In this document: piece after piece, positions 22,365 to 25,611 of the stretch | Position numbering within the stretch: position 1 is the stretch's first letter | Layout of the letters: each line of letters opens with the position of its first letter | Assembly (NCBI RefSeq): GCF_006345805.1 | Contig: NW_021825600.1 | Coordinates: 1 to 25,611 of the forward strand | DNA length: 25,611 bases | Direction: 5' to 3' | Source of the DNA: Octopus sinensis | Lineage: Eukaryota | Made by a program: the position numbers and the translations under genes | The notes under the pieces: generated by a model | What the model was told of the DNA's origin: nothing | The model's input: the letters and a program-made list of their open reading frames with translations, nothing else | The model's database searches: none

Positions 22365-22367
<3 letters not shown>
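21572..22367 (-). pseudogene. LINE ORF1 relic: Myb/SANT-like N-terminus, Lys-rich linker, CCCH zinc finger
   Basis: WSARELQLFVRAWK...QIERKKREFLRSY, then CKFYLKGD*WYGVEGANCRFAH (21887-21822; TGA at the expected second Cys). The probable C-terminus ...QQSFLCMALNIVQQLT* lies in a shifted frame. Confidence 0.7.

Positions 22368-22406
<39 letters not shown>
22367..22406. repeat. (TA)n microsatellite
   Basis: Directly visible; separates the CR1-like LINE from the RTE fragment. Confidence 0.98.
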
Positions 22407-22409
<3 letters not shown>

Positions 22410-22680
22410 TGCCCCCTCGTTATCGAGTATGGCCATTGCACGAAGCTTAACTGTTACTGGTGCTGTGATCGAATGTGACTTTTTAGCTCAGCTAAAGATC
22501 TACAATGTCTTGTACAAAATTGGCAACTAAAACCTTTACTGGTAATAGCCGGCTGTAGTTGTAACTGGGCTTCATGTACCTTTGCACGTCGTTTAGGTCC
22601 TCCTGCCGAATTACACTCTCTTCCATTAAATAATCTATCAGCCTGTTATGAACTATCACTCACCTATTGATCTGCTAACT
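22407..22680 (-). mobile_element. RTE-clade LINE 3' end with terminal C2H2-like finger
   Basis: Minus strand encodes PKRRAKVHEAQLQLQPAITSKGFSCQFCTRHCRSLAELKSHIRSQHQ* (stop 22454-56), like the RTE C-terminal KR..RK...CP.C.R.CRS..GL.SH.R.H motif. A short 3' UTR CTCGATAACGAGGGGGCAGCC and a (TA)n tail follow. Confidence 0.75.
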
Positions 22681-23385
22681 GTATGTATGTACATGCATAG
22701 ATTATTTTTGTATGATGTATAAGGATAATACCCCTTTATATATGTATATGTATTAATGGATGCTTTTGCGCATGTATGTATATGCATGTGCATGTATTTG
22801 GTATCTGTGTGTATATATATGTATGTAGATTTAGACTAAAGTGTCGATTTTCGCTGTATGATATATGAATATAATAGCATTGTATATTGTGACATTGTAT
22901 ATTGTTTTGCATTATTTTATTATATATATATTATATTTATTATATTGAATATATTATATTGAATTAATTAATTTACTGGCGTGTTACACTATAATATTAT
23001 GCTGTATTTTATGTGGTATTTTCCATCTACTATGTATTGTGAATAGCAGAATGCACATATTCTTTTATTGGTATTATTAATAATAATAATAATAATATTA
23101 ATAGTTTTCAGTAATGTAATACAATGAACTTTGGACTTTGTATATGTACACTTTGATGTGGATATATATATATGTATATTCCAGTATATAGATTTGATTA
23201 ACTGTAACCTTATGTGTATGTATATTATTATGTATATACTTATATATATGTATATGTAGGTGTATATACACTTATATGTATATGTATATATGTATATATG
23301 CATATTCTTGTATATATGTACCTTGTTTAATATTCATATTTGCATTTTATATCTTCATTTTATATCTTTTTAATTGTACTTTATA

Positions 23386-23511
23386 ATTTCTGACGAGGCC
23401 TTGAGATATATATATAAGTAACTCATTTTTAACTGCATATTAGCTCAATACATCTGACTAATATGGGCATAATGAGATACTCTTATCTACAGGCTGAAAC
23501 AGCTGTAAGAT
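23386..23511 (+). ncRNA. Type I hammerhead ribozyme HHR-5 (weakened stem I)
   Basis: CUGACGA 23390-96. Stem II GGCCU(23397-401)/AGGCU(23491-95) with G10.1-U11.1, plus AGAUA/UAUCU. GAAA 23496-99. Perfect palindrome ACAGCUGU. GUA cleavage after 23507. Stem I is only AUUU/AGAU (4 bp incl. G-U). Confidence 0.68.
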
Positions 23512-23696
23512 CCATTTTATATGTATTATTCTTATGATATTATCTTACTTATTGATGTATATTGTTTTATTCTGTATTATTCTGTTGGATTTGGATGTTC
23601 CTATTTAATCTAAATAATTAGTTAATAAATTATATGAATCGGTATTATCTAGTAGTTGATGATTGAAAGAAATCTATTCCTCCATTTTCTTATTTT

Positions 23697-23825
<129 letters not shown>

Positions 23826-23827
<2 letters not shown>

Positions 23828-24920
23828 GGTTATCAGTAATAAAATAGGGTAAAACTAATTAATTTGGAATAATCAATTAATTTCACCAAGTAGATTTCGG
23901 CATGTAAAAGCCTCGTTCGGGGAAAGTTTAAGTAATACTAAGTAATTAAGGGTTTAGCAACGATTTGCCTCACCACACACCGAATTTAGAAATAGCAGTC
24001 AAAGAGTTATAGCTATTCTTACTACTAAAAGGGAGATCTCAGTAAAACCACAGCACTTGAAAGGCAAACACAAACAGGCAAGAGTGAAAGAAATGACAGC
24101 AATCTATCATACAATTTTAAGTCACCTACGGACGTACGTTTCGAGATTAAGTTTTAGGAAAGCATAAGAATTAGATAATTATGTCTTACCCAACTTCTTC
24201 TCTCATCAGCGTAGGACACTACAATTATGAATAATTGTATATTAAATTTCGAGATACTAGAAGGCATCATCTCAACTCAGTATCAGAGCGAGCTAAAACC
24301 GTTACTAGTATCACTAAATTCAAAGTGTGAATGAAAGTTCGTGTCAGCAACCCCTTCCCACCCGCGTGTAGCCAAGACAAGATGTTGCGGTCATTTACTG
24401 GGATGAAATATGGTTATCAGTAATAAAATAGGGTAAAACTAATTAATTTGGAATAATCAATTAATTTCACCAAGTAGATTTCGGCATGTAAAAGCCTCGT
24501 TCGGGGAAAGTTTAAGTAATACTAAGTAATTAAGGGTTTAGCAACGATTTGCCTCACCACACACCGAATTTAGAAATAGCAGTCAAAGAGTTATAGCTAT
24601 TCTTTCTACTAAAAGGGAGATCTCAGTAAAACCACAGCACTTGAAAGGCAAACACAAACAGGCAAGAGAGACATAATTATCTAATTCTTATGCTTTCCTA
24701 AAACTTAATCTCGAAACGTACGTCCGTAGGTGACTTAAAATTGTATCATAGATTGCTGTCATTTCTTTCTCTCTTGCCTATTTGTGTTTGCCTTTCAAGT
24801 GCTGTGGTTTTACTGAGATCTCCCTTTTAGTAGAAAGAATAGCTATAACTCTTTGACTGCTATTTCTAAATTCGGTGTGTGGTGAGGCAAATCGTTGCTA
24901 AACCCTTAATTACTTAGTAT
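23826..24920 (-). mobile_element. Non-autonomous Penelope-like/retrozyme-like element, 584-bp monomer, with 5' inversion
   Basis: About 260-bp direct repeats starting at 23826 and 24410 (period 584). Intact hammerhead on the minus strand. Inverted segment 24672-24920 gives 153-bp inverted arms 24519-24671/24768-24920. (TA)n on both sides. Confidence 0.83.
24125..24215 (-). ncRNA. Type I hammerhead ribozyme HHR-6 (fully canonical)
   Basis: Minus strand: stem I CCUACG(24215-10)/CGUAGG(24130-25). CUGAUGA 24209-03. Stem II GAGA/UCUC plus AAGUU/AACUU. GAAA 24142-39. Perfect palindrome ACGUACGU. GUC cleavage between 24131 and 24130. Confidence 0.9.
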
Positions 24921-24947
24921 ATATATATATGTATATATATATATATT

Positions 24948-25016
<69 letters not shown>

Positions 25017-25029
25017 TGTGTGTGTGTGT

Positions 25030-25073
<44 letters not shown>

Positions 25074-25092
25074 TGTGTATGTGTGTGTGTGT
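24917..25092. repeat. (TA)n-(TG)n microsatellite
   Basis: Directly visible. Confidence 0.98.
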
Positions 25093-25611
25093 CAGAGTGT
25101 GACTTTATGTTATACCTATGTAAGGCAGTAATTAATTTATTGTTATTATCATTAAATAGATAATGAATCGCGTAACAAGCAATGAAATCATCTGAAAGGT
25201 GAGGCAAACATAAGGTGTTTTTTACCTCGGGAGCTGGGAACCCTAATCCATCATCTTAACATCACCAACAGCGAAAAGGTAAAAAATAATAATTAATTTT
25301 AGCAGATTTTGTTTTTAGAATGAAAAGATCGGCACTAGATTACTGCCAGCTTATTAGTTCCAAGTTCTGTGCTTAGGGTGTGGAGCTCCAATGGTAAATG
25401 CAGAATAGCTATAGTTGCGTTCCTTGCTTGTTTCCAGACTGCTCCATCCAAAACCCACAAGTCTAAAGATGTTCCAACGACGGAGCATCTTCATACTTGT
25501 ACATCGGTTGCCAAGTGATAGGAGGTACAAACACAAAATACGCATGCGCGTACACACACACATTTATCAAAGGTAAAAATAAACACAAGAGACGGAAATC
25601 GTCAAAACATA

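Larger units (their letters stand above)
18441..22367 (-). mobile_element. CR1/L2-group LINE, near full length, decayed
   Basis: ORF1 relic + APE + RT + C-terminal domain in order, then a short 3' UTR with stem-loop and a (TTTAAGGA)n tail at 18440-18463. Confidence 0.95.

Noticed and set aside
18451-22530. Plus-strand and alternative-frame ORFs over the LINE (e.g. 18696-19136, 21397-21813, 21946-22530)
   Set aside because: Shadow ORFs of the LINE ORF1/ORF2 with no domain motifs.
23885-23930. CCGAACGA-GGC..GCC-GAAA second ribozyme-like motif in the HHR-6 family (also 17922-17960, 24469-24514)
   Set aside because: The core is not CUGANGA in any of the three copies and no stem I/III pairing is in register. 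It could be a vestigial ribozyme but this is unsupported.
25436-25530. Possible exon after TTCCTTGCTTGTTTCCAG; ORF 25354-25563
   Set aside because: Weak donor, unrecognised peptide and no phase-linked partner exon.

Overview
AT-rich, microsatellite-dense animal genomic DNA with no convincing host gene. The SINE families and repeat landscape resemble those of cephalopods (Octopus); this is an inference from recalled repeat families, not a database result. The window is almost entirely mobile-element derived. It holds a near full-length decayed CR1/L2-group LINE (18441-22367, minus) whose ORF1 has a Myb/SANT-like start and a CCCH finger. It also holds three 5'-truncated R4/Dong-type LINE ends stacked in (TAA)n arrays (8024-9320), several tRNA-derived SINEs, a non-autonomous Helitron, a piggyBac transposase relic and an RTE 3' end. 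The most striking unannotated signal is six sequence-unrelated type I hammerhead ribozymes between 14.1 and 24.2 kb. Each has the CUGANGA/GAAA core, a palindromic or near-palindromic stem III and a GUC/GUA cleavage triplet, and each lies about 50-300 nt upstream of a (TA)n tract. Two sit in terminally redundant units (523-bp and 584-bp monomers) with an inverted 5' fragment, the architecture expected of non-autonomous Penelope-like elements or metazoan retrozymes. No Penelope RT/GIY-YIG ORF is visible in the window. All folds were derived by eye; none has been tested computationally or experimentally.
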